Of a stretch of 64,000 bases of DNA, positions 1 to 14,200 are shown piece after piece. Source of the stretch: Octopus vulgaris (lineage: Eukaryota); NCBI GenBank assembly GCA_951406725.2, contig OX597819.1:54436001-54500000 (forward strand), read 5' to 3'. Numbering within the stretch: position 1 is the first letter of the stretch; each line of letters opens with the position of its first letter. The position numbers and the translations under genes were made by a program. The notes beneath the pieces were generated by a model that did no database searches, was not told where the DNA came from, and saw nothing but the letters and a program-made list of their open reading frames with translations.

Positions 1-547
1 GAACATGTCTGTGCATGTATTTAAGGTTGGGGCTGTTTTTGAAATGTTGATACTGATATTAGGAAAAGATATTTAGTATGGAAATCTAATAAATATAGCT
101 CTGGTTCCCATACCATATCATAAAGAAGCCTTCCATAGTTATTTGACCTGCAGAAATAGCTTCCAAATCTCCCTCAAATTATTTCCTACAATCTTCAGAG
201 AAAAAAAACAGAGGAAGAACACATTGGTTAATGTAATCAGGAGTATATGCCCCACAAAAAAAAGAGAAATAGATGGGTTAATCTGGGTTGCCTTTGATCA
301 TAGGTCTGCTCAATTGAAGCTTGCTTGAGGTTAGACTGCAACATCATAAACTCACATTTAATTTCCAATTACATGATGTGGTGTCCCAAATAAACAGTTG
401 CTCCAGTTAGTTACCTGTATAGTGTTTATTATTCAAAGGTTTACTTCTTTTGGTCTGTAAAACCTCATAAACATATTTCAATGAAAATGGAAACTGTTTA
501 CCTGAGACCACCTCTAGTACTATAATATAAATTTCCTATTTTAAAGA

Positions 548-850
548 AATGTGGGAAGAAGCTCGCTTTCCAACCACGTGGTTCTGGATTCAGTCCCATT
601 GCATGGCACCTTGGAGAAGTATCTTCTATTATAGTATCTATGTTTGCACCACCACCTCAATCCTTGCTTGACAACCAGTGTTGGTGTGTTTACTTTCCTG
701 TAACTTAGCAGTCCATCAAATGGGACCAATAGAATAAGTACTATCCTTAAGATAATAAGTCATGAGGTCAATTTTTTCGACTAAAACCCTTCAAGGCTGT
801 GCTCCAGCATGGCCACAATCAAAAGACTGAAACAAGTAAAAGAATAAAAC
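548..850 (+). mobile_element. tRNA-derived SINE family A (CORE-like), degraded intronic copy
   Basis: ggttctggattcagtcccattgcatggcaccttgg...gctccagcatggccac...actgaaacaagtaaaagaataaa; similar to the copies at 19.3, 33.5, 58.3 and 60.9 kb. Confidence 0.8.
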
Positions 851-1245
851 CTTCAATTAAAATTTCATGTTAATTTATATTTGAAACAAAAGCATATTTC
901 AACAGGAATATGGAAACAAAAGGGTCAGACTACATTAATCTTTCTCCTACTATGGTGACTCTATAACTGCAGACTTTCCTCTACACTTGTATCTTCCTTA
1001 CATGTGGAGAAATCGCTCATCTGTTATTATTGCAGGATTTGTTATTTATCAGACATAATGTTAAATAAATATTACAGTAAATATGTTGGCTCTAGTTTAT
1101 TTCCTTCTCTAACTTTGTTCTTTTATGTCATTCTCTCTCTCTCATTCATTAGAACTTTCAGTAATATTTCATAAAGGCTCTGTTTTCATGCAATAAAAAT
1201 AAATCTTGAAACATTTATAATTATATTTGTATTTATATATTTCAG

Positions 1246-1458
1246 GTAATTGTTCCCAAATTAAAAGGGGAACCTATTGGTATTGTGATAGTTGAGTCTG
1301 GCTGGGGTTCAATGGTCCCCACTGTAGTTTTGGCAAATATGGCCCCATCAGGTCCGGCAGCCAGATGTGGCGGGCTCAATATTGGTGACCAAATCATATC
1401 TATAAATGGAATCAGTATGGTTGGCCTACCATTGTCCACATGTCAAACTTATATTAAG
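1246..1458 (+). CDS. APBA1: X11/Mint/LIN-10 (APBA) adaptor, internal exon encoding PDZ1 (upstream exons lie outside the window)
   Basis: ttcAG|GTA acceptor and AAG|GTaaat donor; 213 nt, phase 0-0; [71 protein letters not shown] matches Mint PDZ1 ([22 protein letters not shown]). The symbol denotes the family; the paralogue number is nominal for an invertebrate. Confidence 0.95.
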
Positions 1459-1771
1459 GTAAATATGCAAATATTTTGTTAAACTTTCCCCTTACTTGAA
1501 AGAGTCTTCAAATTATTTTTCTCTTAATAAGATTCCTAAATAATTAAAAACTAAAGTGCTGGTCATGTAAAATTATATATATATATATATATATGTTTGT
1601 ATATATACATTTACATACATAAATGTGTGTGTGTATATATATGAGAATAGTTTTATATTACTAATAATAAAACAAGGGTAATGTCTCATATAGTACTGAA
1701 GTAGATGGAACAGAATTTTTTATTGCATTCTCAAGGTTTTTTTAAAAATGATTTTATTTTGTTTTTGACAG

Positions 1772-1891
1772 GGTGCCAGACAACAGACTGTGGTCAAACT
1801 TACTGTTGTGCCTTGTCCTCCTGTGGTAGAAGTTCTTATCAAACGACCAGATGTGAAATATCAGCTTGGCTTCAGTGTACAAAATGGTGTG
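1772..1891 (+). CDS. APBA1: APBA/Mint exon: end of PDZ1 and start of PDZ2
   Basis: gacAG|GGT acceptor and GTG|GTgagt donor; 120 nt, phase 0; [40 protein letters not shown], a typical Mint inter-PDZ sequence. Confidence 0.95.
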
Positions 1892-3208
1892 GTGAGTAGT
1901 ATTACATTAAGTTTTGTTGTGTTCTTGCCCAGAAGCATAAGTATCAGGACTTTTAATCTTGCTCACTCTTTAAAACACAAAAAAATTGAAAATGAGCACT
2001 GGAGATTTCTGGTTATTGCCATTTCAATTCACATATTTTGCTAATATTCTTCATCATTTTTGTGTCTGTTTTTCCATGTTGGCATGGGTTGGACAAGGAG
2101 GCTGTCCGATGTGAACTGGGCTGAAGAGTCCACTTTCTTTCTTTGTTTTGTTTCTTATTTAGAACTACTATCCTTCTTGATGAGTAACTTGCAATACCGC
2201 ATGTGAAGCCCATGTCTTATTCGTACATTCATATTAGCATGGAAGAACAGATTAAAAATTGTACTTAGACATTGAGTCAAAGATAATAATCAATCATTTG
2301 TAAACTAAGCTCTGCTTACTGGAGTTACTTTCTAATTATAAACCTAGTTAAGTAAAAATGAAAATGGTGGCAGTTTTATCTTGTTTTAATAAGTGTTAAT
2401 AGTGTTAAAGAAGATAATATTGATTATATGCAGTAGCACTATATGCTGTTATTGCTATCAGTGGAATTTGAAATTGTTGACTTTCTTTAGAAATAGTACT
2501 GGATTATTAACCCATAAGTCTAATCCTTACACATGGAATATTTGTTGTATTGGTCTACGCACCTAAAGAAAATAGGTGCCACACTTATTTCGAGGTTGAA
2601 GCACCTGATCTAATATTTCATGCATACATCTAGATTTACAGAACTATCCAACTAATCTTTACATAAAAAATAAATAAGCAAATAGTATGGCAAAACAAAA
2701 CAAATTTATCTTTGCAATATCATCATCATCATCATTGGCGTCTTATGAAGTAAATGTATTTAAATAAAAAGATCATAAGACTTGTTGGGTGCTATAAACA
2801 TAGACATAATATAATGGAGTACTTGGATGAGTTGGTTTGAAATCTGATAAGGCAATGATACATATAACAAAAGAAGGACAGTCTTAGATTGTAGTGTCAT
2901 TTATTACAAAGCTACAGATAGTAAAATATATTTTTCTGATGGAAAAGATAAGAAGCATTGATCTTCTTTTTGAAGTTGTAGATTTCAATAACTAAAATTG
3001 ACATTGCTTAGAGATGCGAATTATTTTCTATTTGTGCTTGTGCATTTATATTAGTACAGTAAGTTGTGTGTTAACATTTATAATAATGGTAATAATGATT
3101 TCTTTACACTAAATATATTTTTGGTGAAGGGTAGCAGTTTAGTTAAGTGTCTAAACCTCAGGATATCACTGGAGTTTATTTTATTGATTCTGAAAATGAG
3201 TTATATAC

Positions 3209-4020
3209 TTTGCCTAAATATAACCTGTTATTATATATTTTGCCTGTTTTTCTGTATCTTTCTACAAGTTCATAATTCCCTCTAGAGCGTGTGTGATAGG
3301 ATTTGTTTGTTTTTTTTCTCTTTCTTTTGCTTTAAATTTTTATCAAATTTCCACCTTAATTTTGTACAGAATGTCTTAAAGATTTATGTTTGATCTACCT
3401 TACTGTAGATTTGCAGCCTCCTGCGTGGTGGAATTGCAGAGCGAGGTGGTGTTCGTGTGGGTCACAGAATAATTGAGATCAATAATCAAAGTGTTGTTGC
3501 AGTACAACATGAGAAAATTGTTGCATTGTTGGCCAATTCTGTTGGGGAAGTAAGTATATTGCATTTGCCTTATTTATTTACTCTACAAGTTTTCCCTTTT
3601 TTTTTTATTTCTTACATTTCCCCCTATTGGCATTCAGTCCAAGACTCCTATTTTCAGACCTCAAGAATTAGAATGACTAGAATTCGTCTGATGCCATCTT
3701 ATGCTTTCAGCTTCATAATAAACTCACTGCCTATAGTAATTCAGTAATTCAACATATAAAAGGCATAATACTTCTTTCCAAAGTGTTTTACCAGAAACAT
3801 AGCAACTATGATTCCATATCCTGATGATAAATGATAAAGATAAATAAGAGGTGTTATATTGTCAATCCATATTAGTGACATTTATTATGTAGAATAGTCC
3901 TTGGTTCTGTAACCTTTCCAGTTGTAATTTTATTTGAGACAGTCTGTTTTATATTTTGCCTAAATATAACCTGTTTTTCTATATCTTTCTACAAGTTCAC
4001 AATTCCCTCTAGAGTGTGTG
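3209..4020. repeat. ~70-85 bp direct repeat pair (3209-3295, 3948-4020) flanking the PDZ2 exon
   Basis: Both read tttgcctaaatataacctgtt...tatctttctacaagttca(t/c)aattccctctagag(c/t)gtgtg. Confidence 0.85.
3409..3549 (+). CDS. APBA1: APBA/Mint exon: PDZ2 body
   Basis: tgtAG|ATT acceptor and GAA|GTaagt donor; 141 nt, phase 0; [47 protein letters not shown]. Confidence 0.95.
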
Positions 4021-5185
4021 TGTGTGTGTGCGCGTGTGTATTGCTGTTGTTGTTCTAAGTGTGACCCTAATCATACGGTATTTGTTAATTATTTTATAAT
4101 TTCTAATGCATATCATCAGAATTTGTTCATTTTTGGTATATTTTAATTTAGTGGGTAAAAAAACCATTGTTTTTTACCCACTAACAGAAATAAGGTGTAA
4201 TAAAAGCTACTTAACAAAGGTGCAAAGTTGGAGAAAAATTATATTAATATTTCAAAACATATAAACTTTGTATTGAAAAAAATTGAAATGGGAAGTAAAC
4301 CTTTAAAATGACACTAAAACTGTTGAGACATACACAGATATGTATGGAAAGTATACAAGGAGAGCAATATTGAAATTGTGCAATAAACTGTTGATAATCA
4401 AATCTCAAGACAATTCTGATCTAGTGCTACAGGTTGTAATAAGTATTGTTTCTGTAATAAATATATTACCACTGCTTCAGTGGTCTACGTTTTAGAAATT
4501 GATGATTAGGTCTACTATACAAAGAGAAGGACCTTTTCTTAAAAGTTAAATTCAAAATTTTTTATTAAAAATATTGACCTCTGATACTGACCGAACGTTC
4601 ACAATGGCAGTCTGCTCAAATGGAATGCAGACGAATGCCTTGATACTTATGGATGAGCATTGAATGTAGCAAGTTTTATATAGACAGTACCACCATCTGA
4701 CCATCCATAAATGTAGGGGACATGACCAGCAACTTTACTTTTAAAATACCTGTCAATAGCTGTTAAAATGTAAAATTTAGAGTCTCTATTGAAACCTTTG
4801 ATAGTAAATATATGTATGGAAGTGGCAATACTTATTAGGCATTTGCAGCTACCTAATAATATAATGATTCTTGGTTATCAACAACTTATTGTGTAGTCTT
4901 CAATATCACAATCCACACAGCCTTGTCATACAGTGTGTTTATGAACATATCTTGGTGTTATTTAGCAGTTAACTTTCCTTTTAAATTTTCTTGTTCAAGA
5001 TTAGATTTGTTTAAGGTGAAATATTAAATATAGTTTTCTCCAACTTACATAGTTTAATGGCTTTCTTTACCTTCCTAATTTTTATTAAACAACAGAGTTT
5101 TATATCATTTACAATTTTTTTTCTTTTATTGATAGTAATGTTTCCTACAATTCCTTTCAATTTTGATTTTTCTCTTTATTTTCAG

Positions 5186-5257
5186 ATTCACATGAAAACA
5201 ATGCCAACATCAATTTTTAGGTTACTGACTGGTCAAGAAACTCCTCATTATTTGTGA
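5186..5257 (+). CDS. APBA1: APBA/Mint last coding exon, C-terminal tail
   Basis: Polypyrimidine tract plus ttcAG|ATT; IHMKTMPTSIFRLLTGQETPHYL*, the conserved Mint tail ending P-x-Y-hydrophobic. Confidence 0.95.
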   Translation: MHMKTMPTSIFRLLTGQETPHYL

Positions 5258-7290
5258 AAATAGTTTTTGGTCCCCATTTTTAACCAGTAGCAGACTATTT
5301 GTCAGTTTCTCTTATTCTGACTTCTGCTGCTGCTGGTGATGGTTGTCCTTGTTGGTGCTTAATGGCAGCTTGGAAAGCAAGTCTCTTCTCTTCATCATAG
5401 CGATATCCAGGATGGGACTGACACACACAAAAAGCAGCAACAGCAGTAGTGATGAAGCTACTTTGTGATACATCAGCATGTAGAAACTATGGCCAGTATT
5501 ATGGGTTATCTATGGTCTGTCCAGATATTGATGAAAAGGCTCTCCCAGTCCCTTAGCTTGCTCACTCACTTATCAGCTGACATCTGACTGCTACACGCCA
5601 ACTTTTAGTCAGTCTTTGAAGGACTATATATTTATTCACTTGCTCCAAAGTACCTGATTTCTAGTCGTGGTATACACTGGTGAAAATCTGCTTTACTATA
5701 TATAGTAGTCACTTCCCCTCCAAGATCTCTTAAATCCTTAGGTAAATATTTAGAAGGCTTTTTAACTTAAAAATTCTGAAATTCATTTGAAAAAGTTTTT
5801 AAATAACTGAATAATAAATCTAAAATTAAACTTAAAAAAAAACACTGCTAAGCCCATAAAGTAATTTGTTGCTTTTAAGTTGTTGAATGAACTTTTTATG
5901 ACGTGTTTTGTATATTTTTGTTTGATTACAAAATATTCTGTATGTAATTATAGGAATTTTGAGTGCATGTCTATGCACACACGCACACAAGATGTATTTT
6001 GCATGTGTGCATATTACATTCATCTCCCATATTCCTATCAATTCTTATCTAAATTTAATTTATCTTGGTTAATTCTTTTATACCCTCTATTTTAACCATA
6101 GAATGAGTGTGTAGCAGTTAATGAATACTCATGGGCTATAAATGACAGCCCTAAATTTTATATCTCACAATAGAATGGCTCAACAAACAGTAGTATGTAA
6201 ACTGCTGATTGGATACAGGTTGGACATATTCTTCATACCACTGCTATCTTGCCTGAAATACTTTCCGTTCAGTTGAAAATGTTCTTTTATTTTCTGAAAT
6301 TTCAGAAATTGACTGGATGATTATCATCATACTTAGAACCTCTGTTTGTAATAATCTTGGTTTGCTAACCACTAAAATCCATTTTGTGTCTGTGTGCATG
6401 TATGAATGTATGTGTGGGGGTATGTGTGTGTATATGTATGCACTTGGGTGATTAAAATATTCTTTTGTGCAATCCTCTCCCCCTTACACAGTGCTGTTGA
6501 GTATCTTTGTTTCTATTAACTCTTTTTTCCACAAACATTATCTGTGGAGGAAAAAAAAAAGACAACAGATATAACTGTTATTGTCTTTATTTGTTTAAAT
6601 TTATAAATCACCTTAATTTTAATATTCACATTTTTTTTTTAAGTAATTGAAATAACATAGAACCTGAAATATCTTTTTAATCTTTAAGAGACATTAATGA
6701 AAATATAAAAAACAAAAAAAAAAACACATGAAGATAACTTCACCAGTGCAAAGCAAACCAACAAGCAAGCTGCAAGGAATGAAAATGCTTTTCATTTTGT
6801 TAAAATCATTTCATCTGAAGTACTTTATTCATTTTTGAGTCTCACACACACTCACATGTACGCACATACTCACATGTACACACACACTCACTCACAAAAA
6901 GCATGCAGATACACACAATCACACACATACACTTGAATAATTTATGGGAAGTATAGTAAACTTAACTGTAAAAATCTACAAATTGATCCCTATAATAATA
7001 CCTATTAAAAATTCAAGTAAACTTTCAGAACATTCCTAAAAGCATTTTAGTCTTACAAAATATTCATAACTAATTTAATCTTTCATATATTTTGGGCTGT
7101 TTGGGTTTAGTTAAGCTATGGTTGTGTATATTCATCTTGAAGAACTACCTGCTACCTTATCATTGGGTTCATCCATACATTTTTTTTATCCAATCTATCA
7201 TACATTTTTATTAGTTTTTTTTTCAATTCCACTCATATGTGTATATATATATATGTATGCATGTATATATATATGTGTGTATGTATCTCA

Positions 7291-7340
<50 letters not shown>

Positions 7341-10300
7341 ACACAGACATATATATATACAAATATGTGTGTGTATATAATTTTTGTAATAAATTTTTTT
7401 TTCTATCATTCCATTATGGTGATATCCATTGCTTTAAACTCTTTTTAATCATTTCTTTATCATAGGGGGTGTAACATATATCTATTTTCTTCATAAGTTT
7501 TGTTCTCAGTCACTTTCATTACTACTAGTATTTGTTATATTCACCACTGCCAGCATGTATACATTTATTATTATTTTTTTTTTCATTTTGGTTTTTAATG
7601 TTCTTTAATTGAATCCTTCTGTAAATCCTTTCCTCTTGCAAAATTAAAACCAAATTATAATATTAATAATGATAATAATAATTAACAATCCCACTGAGTT
7701 GTCTGTTATTAATTTAACCAGCATACCAAAATGTGGGATATTTCTAGTGTGTGACCTCTAAGAGGTATTTTCAGTAAACTATGATAATTCCTTGATTTTA
7801 GTGGCAGTAAAAAGCAGTTGGGCATTTCTGATATTTTTTATCAAACTATGAGAGCAAAAAAAAAAACAACTTAAAAATAAATAAAACTGGGTGGGTATAT
7901 TAATTCAAGTATGAGGAAGTAATCATCTAGACAAGATTTTCATTTTTTTTAAAATTTCATCTCAATTTTTTTTTAAAGTTCAGAAATGTTGATATATTTA
8001 AATGTTTATTATTGTTCATTTGATATGAATCAACTAATGCAGTGATAGTTGTTATTGCATCATTAGTTTGCAGTTAGCTGATTTAATTTTGCCATCTCAC
8101 TATTTTGACAGATTATTCCTACACTTAATATTTTCATTTTCATTTACTTTGGTTTGATCAATATTCTAATACTGTAAATTATATATATAAATAGTGTTAA
8201 AAAAAACAAAATGAAACGAAAAAACAAAACAAAGTATTATTTCATTCTATTTTATTTTTATCTATATTTGATTTTCTGAACTGGTTGACATTGTATTTAT
8301 TATTATTAATATTTAATATTTATTTTCTGTACAGATCTATACTTTATTGCATTGGCCAATGTAGTAGACTTATTGGTAGTATTTTTTTTTTTTACTGGTC
8401 AGTGTCTTTTCAGTGGTCAGTGATATTTGTTTTCTCTACAGGGCGATGTTTTCTGTTGGTGCTCATTGATGTTATTGGCCAATGTATTATAGTCATTATT
8501 ATTGTTGTCTGTACTGGTCAATGTTTTGTTGGTGCTCATTGAGGTTAATGGTCAATGTATTCTTTATGGTCATTGATCTTTGATTTTGTACTAGCCAATG
8601 TTTTGTTGGTGCTCATTGATTTATTGACCAATCTGTTTTAATGTCCATTGACCATTCTTTCTTAATATGTTAGTACCTTGTTAGCAGATATTCCTGTTTT
8701 ATGTACTAATTGTGTGTATGTAAATACTTATGTTTTTAATTTTCAAATTTTTCTTTTTGTCAAACTGGACAGTATCTTGTTAGTAGTCAGTAACATAGTA
8801 GTCCAAGTCACAGAAGTGGTCATTGATTTTGGTTTTCTTTCTACTGTTAGTTAGCAGCTATTGATCTTCCATATTGGTCTCTCCTATTGGTAATATTTAG
8901 TATTAGGCAATATTTTCTTGATGTGTTAGTAAATGTCTTGCTGCTATTTATTGATCTTCAGCAAATAACTAAAATTTTAGTTTTTGTTTTAATTAAAGAA
9001 GAATGACCTTGCAAGTTTGGAGAAAAAAAGCCAAGTCTTTGATATTTTGATTTTTAATTTATTATTATTATTATTATAATTTTGTAATGCTTAAAATTAG
9101 TCTGTTCCTCATTTATTAGCTCCAGAGTAACTGGTTCTTGTGAAGATACTGGAATATTGGTTATCATTGTCCTAATAGCTTGTAGGTTAATTTTTGCATT
9201 ACATATATAAATTGTGTGTGTATGTATGTGTGTGTATTCACAAACTCTCATGTATATCGATACAATATTTTCTTTGCAATATATAATGTACTGGTAGGTG
9301 GTATATATATATACATATATATTTTTATCAAACACTCACTTGCTAATATTTATATATTTTATCAATATCATTCGTCTGGAAGCCATTCAACAAGCCAAAT
9401 GTTTAAAAAAAAGTCACATTAAATAATGTTTAGTTACTTAATAGGGAATTGTTAACATTATTATTATTATTATTGTTATTATTATTATTATTATTATTAT
9501 ATTATTTACTTGAGATAAATTCTCTCTTGTGTGTAAAGCTTCCAAAAAAAAAGTTGTATATTGTGAGAAATAATTCTACCAACACAAGCCTTAATGGTTG
9601 ATGTAAATTGACAACTGTTTTTCTTTTTTAAAAATCCATTTATCTATGATTTATTTAAGTATTATTAACCAAATAACAATCAAAATGTTTAGCTCTGTAC
9701 TTCAATGATATAACAGACAAGAAACTGTGTAATATTAGACCAGTATTGCTCAAGAACTAATAGCAATTGATGCAAATTAAGAAAGTATCTGCAAGCAGTG
9801 AACTATAGCAACATTTGTCTATACTGCATTGGTTTTCTTGTATTAGCTGTCCAAATGTCCATTTTGTGCTTAGTTTAGCAAAAACTATTTATATATCAAA
9901 ATACTCATTTTGACAAAGAGGAGAAATTTCTTTCTTTCTTTTTTTTTTCTAACTTCATTTTTCATTCATTTGTATTTACTTACTCAGTTAGAAGTCTAGA
10001 TTCATCAGTTGTTTTCACCTGAAATATTAGTTTAGCTCATCATTCTCAATGCTGGGAAATCACAAATCATTACAATGTACTAATTGAGAAAATTCGGATA
10101 TGCTTCATTACTTGATTACAGTCACTCTTGTCTGTCTTCACTTTAGGCATTTTCAAACTGATACTAAATTGAACTTTGCCTCCAATTGGTCACTAATATA
10201 CTTCACTATGTTTTGGTTAGATCCCATAGATATGCTATAACAGTTTTGACCATTTTATTCTATTTTTTTTTAGTAATTCTTTGAAACATTTTCTGGAACT

Positions 10301-11224
10301 TTTCGGAGACCTTTTATTTATTATATGTGTCATTGTATTTTAACTGATAATTTTCTGCACCAGAAATGTTCAGTTTGTGTCCAGCATCAGTTTATCTTTG
10401 TCCTGTTTAATGTGAAAGAATATATCAGTAAAATCCAATATTTATCCTATAATTTAAATTTTGATTTAAAATTTATGCATTGTTACATATATATATATAT
10501 ATGCATATCTACATACTATTAGTAATTATAATTTCATGCATTAAACTAGAGTTATCTTATATTTTCAAACATTTTGTGACATATTTGTAGAAGACACACT
10601 TAGAGCATGATGAGTTACACACCTATATTCTCCACACATAGATTTATATAAATACTTACACACAGGCACACACACACAGGCTAGATTTTTGTATTATGAA
10701 AATAAGCAAAATGTCTATCTCCGTTAATAGAAAAGTAGGAAAGAAAAAAACGAGTTTATAATTATTGTCAAAATTCTATGTTTTAGAGGATTTAGTTTGC
10801 TTTATAATAGGTTCTTCTGTATTCAGTAGTACAAAGAATAATTTGTACTACCAGTGTTATGAATGATAGAAAAATAATGAAGTCCACTTTTTATGCCTTG
10901 TTTAATCATATTTTCTTCTGTGCAGCAATAAATTGAAAGGAAAAATAACTACCCATCAAAATCAAGATTATTTTCAGTTAAAAATCTATCTTTCTCTCTC
11001 ACATGCATCTCCTTCCATTTTCTCAAGAATATTATAAGTCTTATGGATATTACCATAAATCACAATTCATTGAAATTAGATTTGTTAATTGATGTAGTAA
11101 CCATGACAAAAGAGATGTATATAAATATTATTAAGTAAATTGATATAAAATATTTTCTTATTCCACTTTTCTTTATCAGATGTGAAGAAATTTGTTGATT
11201 GATTAATTTATTTATTTCAAATTT

Positions 11225-11298
<74 letters not shown>

Positions 11299-14200
11299 GC
11301 TGCTTTAGAAATGGCTTCATTTGAACTAATAGCAGCAGACTTAATACCTTCTTATTAACTTTGTTGCTTACTACTATAATTTAATACAGATATCGGTTGG
11401 ATAATACACTTTCTATTTGGGCTCGAAATTAATGATCATCAATTTTTTTTGTTTTTTTTTTAATGCAGATTTTCCTTTTATTCTTCACTGATAATACTAA
11501 CAAAAGTTTCTGCTACTTTTATGTTCAAAACAAAGCAAAAAAAAAAAGAAAAAAAAGAAAAAAGACACAGCCAATTACTGCCTCTTTGGCATGGCTTCTG
11601 GTGTTTCTTAAACTCAAATTACTAACTAGCCGTCCTTGTATTGACTGCCATCCTTAGAACATTAGTCTCAGTTACCCTGCTGCCTTGTTAACTGAAAACT
11701 TGAATGAGACTGGCAAATATGAATATTCGTTGTGACTGTTTAGACAAAATTTTCCTAAATGTTAGCCTCTTGCCTTTTAGTAAAAAAAAAAAAAAAATTA
11801 AAAATCACGTTATCGCAAAGGTTTGTGGCAGTAAATATGCCTGTAACAATTGTATGTTTTAATTTCTTCATCTTAAAAATATCATTAAGAATTCCTGTAT
11901 CTGTGATAATCTGACTGTTTCTTTCTCTTCTCCAAAGATCTCTCTATTTACTCCTCTCTTCTGTCCTACCAAAATTTTAAAAAACCAAAACACATAAAAA
12001 AAAACTTGATACATGCTGATGTTAAGTAATTTCTGATGGTTTACAGCCATATCCCTTTATGTACTTTTAGAAGATTTTATTGTATCTTTTGCTTCAATTT
12101 TCTTTTTTATTCAAATTCATTGCCAAAGGAAAAGAAAAAAGAAATAAAGAAATTTCTGATTCTCGATCTGTGACATTGCTTGCAATCTTCATGCACTGAG
12201 AGATCTCAAATTAACTTTGTATTTATAAGTGGATTGTGAATTTTTATTTGTCTTTATTTACTTAATAAGGATGACAGTGAGAATGATAATTTTTTGTTGC
12301 ACAAAATCTACTTAGCATCCAAATAATTTATGCTTATTAATTCTCATTGAAGCTAATGTTTTGAAGCAAGAGATTTGAGTTTATGAGCAAGAGATTGAAG
12401 TGCCATTTAGTTTAAAATAACGCACATCAAGGTGAGACATTTCTGTTTTAGGATCTAATTCATCTTAAATGTTTAAGAGATATTTACTAACATTTCATTC
12501 ATCTATTTTCCATCAATTTTTAATTTGATTTTGACATTCAATATTTCAATACACTGTAGAGATTTTTTTTTTCATACATTTTGTATTTGTTGATAGCTAA
12601 TGAACTGGTATAAAATTATTCCTTCCCCTTGAAATTTTAGAAATTCTACTTTTTGACATGAAGGTTGGTGTAGCATTTTAGCTATTTCACATTAGAGGTT
12701 CCTAAAAAATTTTTTTAATAATTCTTGAAATACGGTTTATATTTCAGAAAGTAACAAACATTATCTCATTTGATGCAGTGAATAATTCCTGAGGAAAATC
12801 TCATTTTATATATATATATAATAATATATATATATGCCTTTTTTTTAAATACATAACATTGATTAAATGCTTTATATTTTAATTTTTTATTAATATGGAA
12901 TTAAAAGATAAAGTAACTGGGTTTTTGTTTTATTATATTTCACTGTTTAAAGGATATTTAAACAAGATATTCAAAACGATCTTCAATTTATGGTAAAAAG
13001 AAAGAGAAAAAATACAATCAGAATAGAGAGTGTAAGATGTTATAATGAGTAACTCTTCTCATTTTTCTGGTTTAGAAATGGTTATTGTTACAAACTTTTG
13101 CAGCATTTAATATCATTCAATATTTGTCTTGTCGTGCAGCAAATACAGGTCTACATGCAGTGTAAGACATTAATTAATACTAGATAATTTCTTTCAATAC
13201 TGTGTGGTGCAACAATGTCAAACATTTAATGCCACATTACAAATGAAATATATATATATATACACACACACCCATTGTTTTTTGATATATTATGAATTTT
13301 GGAGAAAGTCTGCTTTGGCATGTGCCTGTAAAATTAAGTTTTTGGATAATGTCAGAACCTGCAATGAGTTTAACATTTATTATAAAGGAATGGTGATAAA
13401 TATCCTTAAATTTAGTGAAAATAGTTCCAATATTCCCTTTCTTCTGATATTAAGAAGCAGTTTTAATAATCAGTGACTTGCTTGACATTAAGAATGTTCT
13501 TTTTCCTGAATCGGCATTGTTCTTTGAGCAGTTCAGTAGAGGAGAACATGAATGAAATTTGGAAGATTGATATGCATGTTACAAATGACAAACTATTCCT
13601 GTTTGTTATAGAAATCTTCTCCTCTTATTTTTGTTTTCTGTTTATTATTTGTTTTACTGTCTGTAAATCTCTTGCAGTTCATTTTATGAATCACACTAGA
13701 TTTTCTATCCCAGTTGCAAAATCAGAGAATAAAAAAAAATTAAAGAATATGGAATAAAAACCAACTCTATTAATAAAACATTCTGCACTTACAACCACAT
13801 GTTAATTCAATGTAGATATGCCAAAATCATTTAGTTTCACTTTTGTTATGCTTATTAGATCAACTTTTCTACATTTAGCTCATCTAAAACTTGTCATAAT
13901 CTCAACAGGAAACAGCAATGTATCTGTGCTCACACTTCTGTTTGTCTTTAAATATGCTGAGATTGCTGACTCAATGAGAAGGAAATCATGTTTTTCCTTT
14001 ACAGCTCTATGATTTTCATTTAACTTGGTCCAAAACAGGCTGACACACATATATAACCAGAATCTATTGGCTGTTTTATATACATCTTTTCTTTGTGAAT
14101 GCCTGGCTTTTAAACTACCTCCATCTAACAATATTCGGTATCGGTAAAGTTATACATTATCTTGCACTAGGCACATTATTAGTCTGTACTCTTATTTGCA

